Below, one piece after another: positions 10,632 to 20,635 of a stretch of DNA of 64,000 bases. The position numbers and the translations under genes were made by a program. The notes under the pieces were generated by a model. The model worked only from the letters and a program-made list of their open reading frames with translations, was not told where the DNA came from and did no database searches. Source of the DNA: an uncultured virus (IMG/VR IMGVR_UViG_3300032301_000717) (lineage: Duplodnaviria; Heunggongvirae; Uroviricota; Caudoviricetes). The DNA lies in IMG/VR virus record IMGVR_UViG_3300032301_000717; one strand, written 5' to 3'. Every line of letters begins with the position of its first letter. Position 1 is the stretch's first letter.

Positions 10632-11591
10632 TTAAATTAGTTTAACTTCTCTTAATTTCCCAAAATACTTTTTCAGCATCTTGTTTTTCTCTTCTACAAT
10701 TTTAACACAACTTTTGAAAGATTCATTAGTTTTTTTATGCAAAAAACAAATTTCTCTAATGTCTACTATTGGCATTTCTTTAGTAATTTCAATCTCTTCC
10801 TCAATAGGATTTCTTTGTAAATAATATTCTATTAGTTTTTCTCTAGCTTTTCTATCAGGAAATTCAACTTTAGTAAAAATGTCTATTCTTCCATTTCTAA
10901 TTACGTTTTCTGGAATGGATTCTGGATAGTTTGTAGACAAAAAATAAATAGAATTTGATACAGATTTAGATCCATCTAGGAAGTCTAACATCTCTCGAAT
11001 GTCATGAGAGTCGTCTATAACAGAAAGTACTTCTTCTATTACGAATATTTTTAACTTGTCTTTTGTCGAAGATTCTAGTTTTTGTAAAAAGTCTCTACTG
11101 GGAATAACGTCTAAAAAAATTACAATAGCGTCTTTCTTGCTTCGGATAAACTGTCTCATATAAGAAGTTTTTCCTGTTCCCGGAGGTCCGAACAATAAAA
11201 CCCCTAGTTTGTATAGAGTTTTAGAATCAGTATAGATGCTTTTGTTATTTATAAAATGTTCTATGCTAGTATCTAAATCTATCAACGAAGAGAGAAGTTC
11301 GATATAGTTATCATCTCTCAAATCTAGAGGCATCAACCTTTCTGGATGAACATTGTTTGAGTGAGAGTGTGAATATATTCCATAGGGTAGGTCAATAGGA
11401 TCTATGGTAGGTTTTGTTTTTTCCCAACACTCTACAATATTTTCAGAATGAACTTCAAAGTGAACGTCATCTTTCTGATTGATTGCAGCCACCATATCTT
11501 TTCCGTTATCAAAATGTGTCAATAACGATTTAGATTTGGAAAACGGGGTATAGTAATAGCCATTAGGATTAGTAAATTTATACCAAATCAT
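10632..11591 (-). CDS. AAA+ ATPase
   Basis: Walker A GPPGTGKT, Walker B-like FVIEE, sensor STNYPE, Arg-finger region RNGRID. Confidence 0.85.
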   Translation of the reverse strand: MIWYKFTNPNGYYYTPFSKSKSLLTHFDNGKDMVAAINQKDDVHFEVHSENIVECWEKTKPTIDPIDLPYGIYSHSHSNNVHPERLMPLDLRDDNYIELLSSLIDLDTSIEHFINNKSIYTDSKTLYKLGVLLFGPPGTGKTSYMRQFIRSKKDAIVIFLDVIPSRDFLQKLESSTKDKLKIFVIEEVLSVIDDSHDIREMLDFLDGSKSVSNSIYFLSTNYPESIPENVIRNGRIDIFTKVEFPDRKAREKLIEYYLQRNPIEEEIEITKEMPIVDIREICFLHKKTNESFKSCVKIVEEKNKMLKKYFGKLREVKLI

Positions 11592-11956
11592 TATTCTACC
11601 GGATTGTTTTTAATTTTTAACCTTAGATATTCTAGAATTTCATTTACTTCTTTTCTATTTTGATCAATTTCTGTATTTAATAAATCTTTCTCTTCTTGTG
11701 TTTTATCATTATCTTCTTTTAAAAATTTAGCAGCTCTGTCAAGAGATGTGCAAACGATATCACAAAACTCTACAAGTGTTTCAGCATCACCTCGATTTAC
11801 TGTAACATAAACTACATTTGTTGGTTCAATTTTTTTATAGAGGCTGTTAAATGCTTCAGCTAGTTCAGCGTCTTTTCCATTAACTGCATTTTTTTCTGAA
11901 GCTCTTAAGATCTCTAACATTAAGTTTCTTTGTAAATCATTCAAATACAATTTCAT
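11591..11956 (-). CDS. Hypothetical helical protein
   Basis: Start moved to ATG 11956 (GGGAGA RBS); TAATG coupling to the AAA gene. Confidence 0.65.
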   Translation of the reverse strand: MKLYLNDLQRNLMLEILRASEKNAVNGKDAELAEAFNSLYKKIEPTNVVYVTVNRGDAETLVEFCDIVCTSLDRAAKFLKEDNDKTQEEKDLLNTEIDQNRKEVNEILEYLRLKIKNNPVE

Positions 11957-12197
11957 TTTTTCTATCTCCCTTATATGGCGCACATATTCTAGCATAAACA
12001 TCTTGAGTTGGAGTTAGCATGATCATACCAATTTCATCACTATGGCTTTTATACATAGTACCAAGCCCTTCTACTTCTACATAACCCTGATCTAGTATAG
12101 CTTCTACTATCTCATACACGATCACTTTAATTATACCATCACATTCTGATTTAGGAAGCCCTGTTTTTCTTGAAACTCTACTTGATAACTGTTTCAT
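11937..12197 (-). CDS. HU/IHF-like DNA-binding protein with shortened arms
   Basis: MKQLSSRVSRKTGLPKSEC...IVEAILDQGYVEVEGLGTM matches the HU N-terminal helices and V-x-I-x-G-F/L-G-T; TAATG coupling to the upstream gene. Confidence 0.65.
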   Translation of the reverse strand: MKQLSSRVSRKTGLPKSECDGIIKVIVYEIVEAILDQGYVEVEGLGTMYKSHSDEIGMIMLTPTQDVYARICAPYKGDRKNEIVFE

Positions 12198-12604
12198 TAG
12201 TATACCCATTTCCTTTTTCCAGATACTTTTGCTGGTCTAACATCTACGTGTATGAATTTTTTACTTCTTCCATCGCCTATGTTATTGAAATTATTGTAAC
12301 ATAGATCGTATACTTTGTCTAATTCGTCAATAATAAGCAGTTTTGGTCGAATATCAGCAGCAAGTCCTGCTAAATGAGAACTATTCTGTTTCCCGCCTAC
12401 TTCTTGATTATGCTTAGGGCATCTATAACCTGATTCAACTACTATGCTATCGCCATAGCTTTGTCTAACTTTTTCCAAAGTTTCCACTAGTTCTATGGAA
12501 ATATACTGGTTTGCATTGTCACAGTGTTTACATGGACACTCAAACTCTTTACTATTGAAATGCAAGCTAAGTTGCTTGTTTTCACCCTTTTTAAATGCTA
12601 TCAT
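12197..12604 (-). CDS. Peptidase M15A-family Zn peptidase, candidate endolysin
   Basis: HFNSKEFECPC, SGYRCPKHN, SSHLAGLAADI and FIHVDVR motifs. Confidence 0.85.
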   Translation of the reverse strand: MIAFKKGENKQLSLHFNSKEFECPCKHCDNANQYISIELVETLEKVRQSYGDSIVVESGYRCPKHNQEVGGKQNSSHLAGLAADIRPKLLIIDELDKVYDLCYNNFNNIGDGRSKKFIHVDVRPAKVSGKRKWVY

Positions 12605-12826
12605 AAAAAAGTACCCCCTATGTACATTTGTTTAAAATTGCATAAATCATGCTTTGCGTCACTAATAAATTTAATCATTTAGTATATTTATATAGATATA
12701 TCGGTACAAGAGATAACTATATAATTTACATATCGGATTCTATAGTATACTATGGAGTATACTTTCTATACGTATCGCAGTTCGTTTTATAACTCACTGC
12801 GAAAAAATGGTATACTATATAGTAAG

Positions 12827-12856
12827 ATTATACACCCCCGTTTTGAGAAATGCCAA
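12827..12856 (-). promoter_or_regulatory. sigma70-type promoter in the divergent intergenic region
   Basis: Minus strand TTGGCA-18 nt-TATAAT. Confidence 0.45.
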
Positions 12857-12877
12857 ATACTTTTTTTTGCATATAAT

Positions 12878-12885
12878 AACAAATA
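12878..12885 (+). promoter_or_regulatory. AACAAATA putative late-promoter motif at the head of the virion module
   Basis: Recurs at 15086, 19170, 21896, 41001 and 45867, each at a gene boundary. Confidence 0.5.
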
Positions 12886-12979
12886 TAAATGAGATGCTGT
12901 AAGTTCGATTGTTCCTATTGGGATAAAAGTATAACAAGCGATTAACACAAATTCTCATTTTTAACATAGGATTATTTGA

Positions 12980-13264
12980 ATGAAAAATTATGATTATTTA
13001 CTCATATTAGTATGTCTTTTTGTCTTAAGAATAATTTTGCTATCTGGATCATACCCAGATGCTATGTGCTTAACTTCGCTTCTATTATATAGACTGAGTA
13101 ACAAGTATTTGAATCAAAGAAAAATTTCGGATAATCTAGAAGATCAAATTAAGAAGAACGAAGAGTTGGTTAAAGGTCAAATTCAAGTTTTAGCAGAAGA
13201 AGTTGTTAAGGTAAAGAATACAACTGAAGGGTTTAAAGCTGCAATTAATTTAGGCAAAAGATAA
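12980..13264 (+). CDS. Small membrane protein with C-terminal coiled coil
   Basis: Hydrophobic N-terminal segments; first gene of the plus-strand block. Confidence 0.65.
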   Translation: MKNYDYLLILVCLFVLRIILLSGSYPDAMCLTSLLLYRLSNKYLNQRKISDNLEDQIKKNEELVKGQIQVLAEEVVKVKNTTEGFKAAINLGKR

Positions 13265-13267
13265 TAT

Positions 13268-13672
13268 ATGAGCTTTAAGGAACTAGATAAGTATAAATCG
13301 TTAGAAGATCTCAGAAACTTTACTGAGACATTAATCAACACAACAACAGCTTTACAATTAGAGCTTCAACAAACTAAAGATAAGTTAAATCACCTAGAAC
13401 AAATTACAAAATTTAATACTAGTCCCATTTCTATAGGTTCAAACGAAGAAGAACTTTGTAAACTTGAGATTAGTAGATTATACCAAGCTGCAAAAACTGG
13501 ACCTTTGGAATTTAACGAAGTAAAAGCGTTTGAGATTTATGTAAAATCTTTAATGTTAATTCGTGGCAAAAGCGTTAACGAAGAAAAGAAATCTAAAAAA
13601 GAGCCAGCACTATCCAATGACCAACTAATACAGCTTGCTTTGCAGGTTGTAGATGACACAAACGAACAATAA
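13268..13672 (+). CDS. Hypothetical protein, possible terminase small subunit
   Basis: Helical 134 aa ORF overlapping the start of terL; call is positional only. Confidence 0.4.
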   Translation: MSFKELDKYKSLEDLRNFTETLINTTTALQLELQQTKDKLNHLEQITKFNTSPISIGSNEEELCKLEISRLYQAAKTGPLEFNEVKAFEIYVKSLMLIRGKSVNEEKKSKKEPALSNDQLIQLALQVVDDTNEQ

Positions 13673-15086
13673 TCCTTTAGCAATCTCTCCAAGAATCGCC
13701 CGTCAAATACTTTGGAAACAAGGTAAGGTAACTAGTTTTCTACTGGACGAGAATCAAAAGTATGTTCAAGAAAGTATAACAAAAAGACCTAAAGGAACTC
13801 ACGTTATTGTAATATCAAGACAGTCTGGTAAAACTTATGGTATTCTTGGTATGGCAGTCGAAGAGCTTATAAATAGAAAGAATATAACTATCTGTTATGT
13901 TGCACCAAGATTAAAGCAAGGTAAAAGAATTGTAAAAGATACTTTCCAACAGATCTTTAAAGATTGTCCGGAAGATATCAAACCCAGATTCGACAGAGAT
14001 TCCTCATCTTATATATTCCCTTCCACAGACAGTAAACTTGAGTTATACGGCTTCAATGCAGATGAGATAGAGTCAGCGAGGGGTCCAAGAGCGCACATGG
14101 TTATAGTTGATGAGTGTGGCTTTATGAACGATTTAAAATATGGTATTCGCTCAGTGCTACGTCCTAAACTCAATACGACTAGAGGACCGATGATTCTCAT
14201 ATCTACCTTACCAAAGTCCCAAGGTCATGAGTATTACGATTTTATAAAGAAAGCTGAATTTGATGGAACTCTTGTAAAACGTAACATTTACCAATGCCCT
14301 CGTTATACTAAAGAGGATGTTGACTTATTTGCAGACGAAGTGGGCGGATATGATTCAGTAGACTTTAAGCGTGAATATTTAAACATCATGATAACCGATG
14401 AAGATCATGCGGTAATACCTGAAGCTAATGAGGAAACTTTAGCTAAGATCGTACAAGATTATAAAAGACCAGCATACTATGATTCTTATGTTTCTATGGA
14501 TATTGGTGGAAAAGACTTTACCGGTATATTATATGCTTACTATGATTTCATTACTGGAAAAGTGGTAATTGAAGATGAGGCTACTTTTAGGGGCAAAAGT
14601 TTTACTACGGCTAGTCTATCCGAATCTGTAAAACAGACAGAGGAACAGCTCTGGGGTTTAAAGAAACCTTTCCTAAGAATTGCCGATAACAATAACTTGA
14701 TCTTAATTAATGACTTACGAATACAGTATGATACTATATTTATACCCACAGCCAAAGATAACAAGATGGCGTGGCTAAACCAAATCAGAATTATGATTTC
14801 GGATGAACGGATTATTATCAATCCTAAATGTAAGCAGTTGATATTTCATTTAAAAAACGCAACTTGGAATAAAAATAAGACAGATTATGAAAGATCTCTT
14901 GATGGAGGTCACTACGATTTAATTGATGCCTTGGCTTATTTAATACGTAACATAGCGTTTTCACGTAATCCGTACCCAAAAGGCTTTGGTACAGTATATG
15001 GAGATGCGTATATGAGAATTACAGATTCAAACAAATCGTCTTTTGAAGACCACTTGATAAATATGTTTAATTACAAGAAGAATTAA
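13653..15086 (+). CDS. terL: Terminase large subunit
   Basis: Walker A ISRQSGKT, Walker B VIVDECG, coupling motif ISTL, nuclease SMDIG and HYDLIDALAY. Confidence 0.93.
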   Translation: MTQTNNNPLAISPRIARQILWKQGKVTSFLLDENQKYVQESITKRPKGTHVIVISRQSGKTYGILGMAVEELINRKNITICYVAPRLKQGKRIVKDTFQQIFKDCPEDIKPRFDRDSSSYIFPSTDSKLELYGFNADEIESARGPRAHMVIVDECGFMNDLKYGIRSVLRPKLNTTRGPMILISTLPKSQGHEYYDFIKKAEFDGTLVKRNIYQCPRYTKEDVDLFADEVGGYDSVDFKREYLNIMITDEDHAVIPEANEETLAKIVQDYKRPAYYDSYVSMDIGGKDFTGILYAYYDFITGKVVIEDEATFRGKSFTTASLSESVKQTEEQLWGLKKPFLRIADNNNLILINDLRIQYDTIFIPTAKDNKMAWLNQIRIMISDERIIINPKCKQLIFHLKNATWNKNKTDYERSLDGGHYDLIDALAYLIRNIAFSRNPYPKGFGTVYGDAYMRITDSNKSSFEDHLINMFNYKKN

Positions 15087-15107
15087 ACAAATAAAATTAG
15101 AGGTTTT

Positions 15108-17123
15108 ATGTCAAAAGCTACATATTTTGCAAAAAGAGAAGCTAAAGAAACAGCAGCGGTTTTACTAGAAAAAGCTACAGATTGGAGAAATACTCTAACT
15201 TCTAATGGCTATTTAGAAAAGCTAAAGATGTGCGTTGCTGCTTATCATGGAGCTTACTTCACAGATACTGCATCTGGTCACACCATAACTTTTGGTGGCG
15301 AGCAGGGTGAATTAGCACAATTATCCGTAAATCACGTTAGAAATTTAGCACAGCATATGTATGTTATGACTACATCAAGTCGCCCATCTATGGAAGCTAG
15401 AGCAGCTAACACTGATTATAAATCTAGTGCTCAAGTTACTTTAGCTAACGGTTTACTAGACTATTATATGCGTGAAAAAAGACTTGAGCGATACATCAAT
15501 AAAGCAGTTGAGCTTAGTATTGTTCTTGGTTCTGGTTATGTAAAGATTGAGTGGGATGCAACCACTGGTAGCGTTATCGAAGAAGATGAGGAAACTGGAG
15601 AAAAGATCTACGAAGGTGATATTAAGTTTACAAACGTATCTCCATTTGACGTAATCTTTGACGTTAATAGAGAAGATAATGATCACGATTGGATATTGAT
15701 TAGAACATACAAAAATAAATTCGATCTAGCAGCTAAATACCCAGACTTGGAAGATAAGATCTTAGCACTGGATACAAAAGATGAAAATGCTAAATACTCC
15801 TCTCAAATTTTTAGAAAAGTAGAATCAGACCAAGTAGAAGTCTGGACAATGTATCATAAAAAATCTGACTCTATTCCAAACGGTAGAGAGTTAATCTTTT
15901 TGTCAGAAGATATAGTTTTACACGATCAAGATTTACCATATAGAAGAATCCCAGTATTTAGAATGAGTCCTAACGAAATCTTAGGAACAGCTTTTGGCTA
16001 CTCAAATCTATTCGATCTACTTCCGCTACAAGAAGGTATTAATCATTTGTACTCAGCAATCATGTCCAACAACATAGCTTTTGCTACACAAAACTTGTTT
16101 GTAAAGACCGGTTCAAATATTGATATTACTAATTTAGGCGGTGGATTAAATATTATTCAAGGTTTAGAAAAACCTGAGCCACTAAATTTATTAGGAACAA
16201 GTCAAGAAACATATAGCTTTCTTTCTATTCTAGAAGGTAAAATGGAGCAGTTATCTGGGATTAACTCTGTAACAAGAGGTACTCCAGATCCAGCTCAGAA
16301 TTTAAGATCTGGGAACTCTTTAGCTCTAGTTCAATCTATGGCTATTCAATTTCAATCAGGATTACAAAATCAGTATGTTCAACTAATTGAAGATTTAGGT
16401 GTGGCAGTTCTTGAGATATTACAAGACTATGCTACAGCACCAAGAGTTGCATCTATTATTGGTGTTAATAACAGTCAATACTTAGTAGAGTTTAAAGGTT
16501 CAGACATTAAAGACATTAACAGAGTTATCGTTGATGTTGGAAACCCTTTAGCTAGAACAACAGCCGGAAGAGTTCAGATGGCAGAACAGTTGATGCAAAT
16601 GAAGCCAGATGAGTTTTCAATTCAACAATATGCTCAAGTAATCAACACCGGTCGTATTGATGGTATGATGGAAAGTCCTATTGATCAGTCTAATTTAATA
16701 CAGCAGGAAAATGAAAGATTGATGCAGGGTATTGAAGTTAAGGCATTAGTAATTGATGACCACAAAGAACATATCTTAAGACATAGAACAATTTTAAATG
16801 ACATTGATATTAGAATGGATGACACGAGATCTGCTGCAATATTTAAGCATATTCAAGATCATATCGACTTTGCTAGAAGTACTGATCCGGGAGTTCTTGT
16901 AATGACCAATCAGCAACCATTAGCTCCAGTTCAACAACCAGCTCCAGCACCAGAACAAGTTAATCAGCCGGAACAAAACTCACAAGGTCAATCACCTATA
17001 GCGCAAGTGGCAGAAGCTTCTGAACAGTCTGCATCTCAAGAAATGCCGGGCACTCCAGCTCCAGCAACCCCACCAGCTCCTTTTGAGAATTTACCAACAA
17101 CAACTGTACCAACACCACAATAG
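15108..17123 (+). CDS. Portal protein
   Basis: 671 aa after terL; P22-like features (GSGYVKIEWD, VSPFDVIFD, LSGINSVTRG); P/Q-rich disordered tail. Confidence 0.85.
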   Translation: MSKATYFAKREAKETAAVLLEKATDWRNTLTSNGYLEKLKMCVAAYHGAYFTDTASGHTITFGGEQGELAQLSVNHVRNLAQHMYVMTTSSRPSMEARAANTDYKSSAQVTLANGLLDYYMREKRLERYINKAVELSIVLGSGYVKIEWDATTGSVIEEDEETGEKIYEGDIKFTNVSPFDVIFDVNREDNDHDWILIRTYKNKFDLAAKYPDLEDKILALDTKDENAKYSSQIFRKVESDQVEVWTMYHKKSDSIPNGRELIFLSEDIVLHDQDLPYRRIPVFRMSPNEILGTAFGYSNLFDLLPLQEGINHLYSAIMSNNIAFATQNLFVKTGSNIDITNLGGGLNIIQGLEKPEPLNLLGTSQETYSFLSILEGKMEQLSGINSVTRGTPDPAQNLRSGNSLALVQSMAIQFQSGLQNQYVQLIEDLGVAVLEILQDYATAPRVASIIGVNNSQYLVEFKGSDIKDINRVIVDVGNPLARTTAGRVQMAEQLMQMKPDEFSIQQYAQVINTGRIDGMMESPIDQSNLIQQENERLMQGIEVKALVIDDHKEHILRHRTILNDIDIRMDDTRSAAIFKHIQDHIDFARSTDPGVLVMTNQQPLAPVQQPAPAPEQVNQPEQNSQGQSPIAQVAEASEQSASQEMPGTPAPATPPAPFENLPTTTVPTPQ

Positions 17124-17131
17124 GATAATAT

Positions 17132-17944
17132 ATGGATGATAAAACTAAATCTTTTGCAACAATTCTTGCCGATTCAATGAACGCATTATCTGATAAAGAA
17201 AAAAAAGCAATGGTTGAAAACCTTGAAAAGGCATATAAAGCAGGAGATCAAAAAGGTGTTGATAGTTTTAATTCAATGCTTTACAAACTAAATCCTATGG
17301 ATAGAGAGGAGTTAATGCAGCAAGCTGCTGGTATTAATGAAAAAATGAAACTAGCAAAAGGATTACAAGCATACGAAGAAGCTCAAGGAAAACGAGCTGT
17401 TAAAAATATCCCAAGTGCAAGTACTTTAAAGTCTGTAGAAGAAGCAGCACCTATATTAGATGAATTAAATATTCATGCACCGGACTCTCCTGTTGCTAAA
17501 GAAATTGGAAAAATGCAAAAGATTGGAAAGTTTAAAAGAGTGTTAGGGGCGTTGGGATCTAGGGCAACAAAAGCACTTCCGTATGTTGGTACAGGAGTCG
17601 GTCTTCTTTCTGCAAAAGAAGCTTTAGCGCAAGGTGATAAATTAGGAGCAGCCTTAGAAACAGCATCAGCTTTTGATCCAACACCTATTTCAGATATAGC
17701 ATTAGCAGCTAAAGATGTTTATGATATAGCAACAGAACCATCAGAGCAAAAATCAAAAGAACAAAAGAGTGCAAGTCCAGAAGCTGTAAAGAACATGGTT
17801 AAAGTATTAGGTGGAGAACCTGACGTTTCTCCTAAAAAAGCTTCTATGATGGTTGGAGAAAAACCTAGTAAAGATGTTTCTGGGGAAAATTATAGTACTT
17901 ATGATAACTACATAAAGCAACAAAAGAGAAAATTAGGGTATTAA
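17132..17944 (+). CDS. Hypothetical protein in the head module
   Basis: Ala/Lys-rich 270 aa ORF between portal and scaffold; contains KFKRVLGAL. Confidence 0.65.
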   Translation: MDDKTKSFATILADSMNALSDKEKKAMVENLEKAYKAGDQKGVDSFNSMLYKLNPMDREELMQQAAGINEKMKLAKGLQAYEEAQGKRAVKNIPSASTLKSVEEAAPILDELNIHAPDSPVAKEIGKMQKIGKFKRVLGALGSRATKALPYVGTGVGLLSAKEALAQGDKLGAALETASAFDPTPISDIALAAKDVYDIATEPSEQKSKEQKSASPEAVKNMVKVLGGEPDVSPKKASMMVGEKPSKDVSGENYSTYDNYIKQQKRKLGY

Positions 17945-17945
17945 T

Positions 17946-18134
17946 ATGTTTGATGATTTAAAAAAGAAAAAAAAGAAAATCATAGAAAGATCATTAACTC
18001 CTGAGCCTACGGAAGAAAAAGATAATCCATACGAAAAGGATTCTTCAGTTTATTCTGAAAAACAAAAAGAAGAGGATGATTTAGCATTAAAGTCTAAAAA
18101 ATTCAAAAGCTTAATGAAGCTAATTTCTAAATAA
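17946..18134 (+). CDS. Small charged hypothetical protein
   Basis: 62 aa ending in KFKSLMKLISK. Confidence 0.6.
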   Translation: MFDDLKKKKKKIIERSLTPEPTEEKDNPYEKDSSVYSEKQKEEDDLALKSKKFKSLMKLISK

Positions 18135-18217
18135 TAAAAAACTGTTTAATTAGGAGTACGCATAACGCATCTCCACTTTAATAACTATCCCAACGGGACG
18201 TAACAAAAGGAAGAAAC

Positions 18218-19171
18218 ATGTCAGACGAAAACAATGCACCAGAACAATCAGACCTAGAAGCATCAGGAGAAGATCTATCTTCTGAGTCTAATGAGCTATT
18301 AGAGGCTGGAGATGAAGCCTTAGAGAGCGCAGAAGAGCCTATGACTAAAGAGGAGTGGGAAGAGTTTAATCTCAAAGTAAATGGAAAAGAGATTAAAGAA
18401 AAAGTAAATCTTAGAGATAAAGAAAGAATCACAAAAGCTCTTCAAATGGAAAAAGCGGCTCAACAAGCTTTCCAAGAAAGAGCAATCAGCGCAAAACAAC
18501 TCCAAGAAATTCAAGATGATGTAAACGAATTTATCAGTCAATTCGCACAAGATCCTCTTTCTATTATCATGAACAAAGAGTTCAATTTCAGTAAAGAACA
18601 AAAAAGAGCTTTAGCTGAAGCTATTCTTCTTGAAGACTTAGAAGAGAGTCAAAAAACTCCAGAGCAATTAGAATACGAGCAAACTAAGAAAAAATACGAA
18701 GAACTTCTTGCTGAGAAGCAAGCTATAGAGGAAGAACGTAGAATACAAGAACAAGAGTATCTTGAGCAACAAGCTGCTGTTGAATTAGAGAACGAAATTT
18801 CTTTTGCTATTGAGTCCGGAAACTTACCTAAATCTAAATATATGACTAAGAAATTAGCGGACTTAGCTTATATTGCATACTCTAATGGTATAGATCTATC
18901 TATGCAAGATCTAGTTCCTTTTGTAAAAGAGCAGTATAAAAAAGATATGTCAGAAATGTTGGGAGTTTTATCTGATGACGAGGTGGAATTTCTTGTATCT
19001 AAAGAGAGAATTAGATCTATTAGAAATAAGCAAATTCAATCAGTTAAGCCAAAGGATAATGCCCCTAAGAATCCTTTAAAAACACAAGACACTGGATCTT
19101 CTAATACTAAAAAAGAAGATGCAGATAAGAAGATTAAAGCTAAAGACTTTTTCAATTCACTAAGAGGTTAA
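18218..19171 (+). CDS. Putative capsid scaffolding protein
   Basis: Acidic N-terminus, LKVNGKE motif, coiled coil, basic C-terminus; lies between portal and MCP. Confidence 0.7.
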   Translation: MSDENNAPEQSDLEASGEDLSSESNELLEAGDEALESAEEPMTKEEWEEFNLKVNGKEIKEKVNLRDKERITKALQMEKAAQQAFQERAISAKQLQEIQDDVNEFISQFAQDPLSIIMNKEFNFSKEQKRALAEAILLEDLEESQKTPEQLEYEQTKKKYEELLAEKQAIEEERRIQEQEYLEQQAAVELENEISFAIESGNLPKSKYMTKKLADLAYIAYSNGIDLSMQDLVPFVKEQYKKDMSEMLGVLSDDEVEFLVSKERIRSIRNKQIQSVKPKDNAPKNPLKTQDTGSSNTKKEDADKKIKAKDFFNSLRG

Positions 19172-19285
19172 CAAATATAGTTGAGTAAAACGAATTGCTA
19201 GACTTTTAGGCAAGCATTAGCCCCTAAGATATCGAACAAAGAGTATGTGCTTATTAAACAATAAACATTATAAAAAGGAAAAATT

Positions 19286-19636
19286 ATGTTATCAGTACAA
19301 TCAAAAGATCCTAAAGTTCAAGATCTTCAACTTGAACAAAAGCATCTATCAATCTCTGCTAACCTTACAGCAGTTGATGTTGTTGGAGGCTTAAAAGCGG
19401 CTTCTTCAGAAGCAGCTTCTATCGTAGCTATCTCTGGCGTATTAGCAACTCGCTCAATCGCTATTGATGTAAAAGAACCCGTAATGTCTGTACAAAAAGT
19501 ACAAGTAATCAACAAAGCAACTGGGGAAATTGAACCTCTTCTTTCTGCTGCAGTAATCGCTGGAAACATAATTACTGTTACTTGTGACGGAACTGGTCTT
19601 TCAGATGCTTGTATCGAAGTTCTTTATAGAAACTAA
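19286..19636 (+). CDS. Putative minor head/decoration protein
   Basis: 116 aa beta-rich ORF immediately upstream of the MCP with AAGGA RBS; positional call. Confidence 0.45.
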   Translation: MLSVQSKDPKVQDLQLEQKHLSISANLTAVDVVGGLKAASSEAASIVAISGVLATRSIAIDVKEPVMSVQKVQVINKATGEIEPLLSAAVIAGNIITVTCDGTGLSDACIEVLYRN

Positions 19637-19667
19637 TAACCACTAACAAAAACAAAGGAAAAAAATC

Positions 19668-19712
19668 ATGAGTGGAACAGCTAACACATTAGACAATTTA
19701 AACGGCTTGTAT
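19668..19712 (+). CDS. Major capsid protein, exon 1 (MSGTANTLDNLNGLY)
   Basis: AAGGA RBS; 15 codons ending in U at a P1 U-G pair; joins in frame to exon 2. Confidence 0.85.
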
Positions 19713-20635
19713 ATCTAAATTTTTTTGTACAAGTGAGGATAATCCCCTCTGCATTATATAGTTGTCGTGATATAATGTAAAAAGAGTGTGAATTGCTGGA
19801 ACCCCGACAAACAGGGCAATCAGCAGCCAAGCCGAGACAGCTCGGAAGGTTCATCGACTAGACATTCACTTTATCTTGATCCAATTAGGGAGTTAGAGAT
19901 ATGCTAAATAAAGATAAACGAAGTTTATTATTAAGCCTTATACTAGGAGACGGCTGTTTACATACAGTTCATCGAGGTAACAAAAGCTACGGAACTTTAA
20001 TTATTGGACACGGAATTGCTCAAGCTGATTATCAAAAATGGAAAGCAGAATTACTTTCTAATTGTTTTGATAAACAGGTTAAGGTAAGGACTTCTCATCA
20101 GGGAAATGTTGTTCAAATAAGTGTTGGAAACAATACATTTAAAGCTTGGCGAAAATTTGTATACAGGAATAATAAAAAAGACTTAAGCTTAATTTTACCA
20201 TTTATTCGACATCCAGAACTAGCACTAGCTATTTGGTTGATGGATGACGGTTATGTAGATGCTTGTGTAGAAAAAAGAAAGAACGGAGAAAATAAAGCCT
20301 ATTCTGCTAAATTCAGAATATATACTTGTGATCAATCCGAAGAAACACAACATAAATTAATAACTTGGTTTAAACAAAATTTCGATGTTAATTTAAAGAT
20401 AAGATTTCAAAAATCAACAAAAAGAAACAAATCCTATCCTTTTTTAGTCTTTACTGCCGACGATACTCTTAAAGTATGGAAACAAATTAGACAGTTTGTT
20501 TTACAGTTTAAAAGTATGCAATACAAATTTCGTCACGCAGAATCAGCATATCAAAGAAGAATGGCACAGCGCACTCCTAACGAAAGTTAGATGATATAGT
20601 CAGGTCACAGCAAGATGAAGTTGTGAGTAAATCCG
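19713..20635 (+). mobile_element. Group I self-splicing intron (923 nt), ORF between P7 and P3' (subgroup IA-like layout)
   Basis: P1 CUUGUAU/GUACAAG; P10 AAAUUUUUUU/AAAAAAGUUU; P3 GAGUGUG(19784)/CGCACUC(20570); P4 UGCUG/CAGCA; P7 GACUA(19856)/UAGUC(20597); P8 CUAAC-GAAA-GUUAG; P9 UCACAGC/GUUGUGA; terminal G at 20635. Confidence 0.93.
19901..20590 (+). CDS. Intron-encoded LAGLIDADG homing endonuclease (two-motif type)
   Basis: LLSLILGDGCL and LAIWLMDDGYV motifs; the 3' end overlaps intron P3' and P8. Confidence 0.9.
   Translation: MLNKDKRSLLLSLILGDGCLHTVHRGNKSYGTLIIGHGIAQADYQKWKAELLSNCFDKQVKVRTSHQGNVVQISVGNNTFKAWRKFVYRNNKKDLSLILPFIRHPELALAIWLMDDGYVDACVEKRKNGENKAYSAKFRIYTCDQSEETQHKLITWFKQNFDVNLKIRFQKSTKRNKSYPFLVFTADDTLKVWKQIRQFVLQFKSMQYKFRHAESAYQRRMAQRTPNES

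Noticed and set aside
12775..12807. Hairpin as an intrinsic terminator
   Set aside because: No U-tract follows the stem on either strand; the A/T run is on the wrong side.
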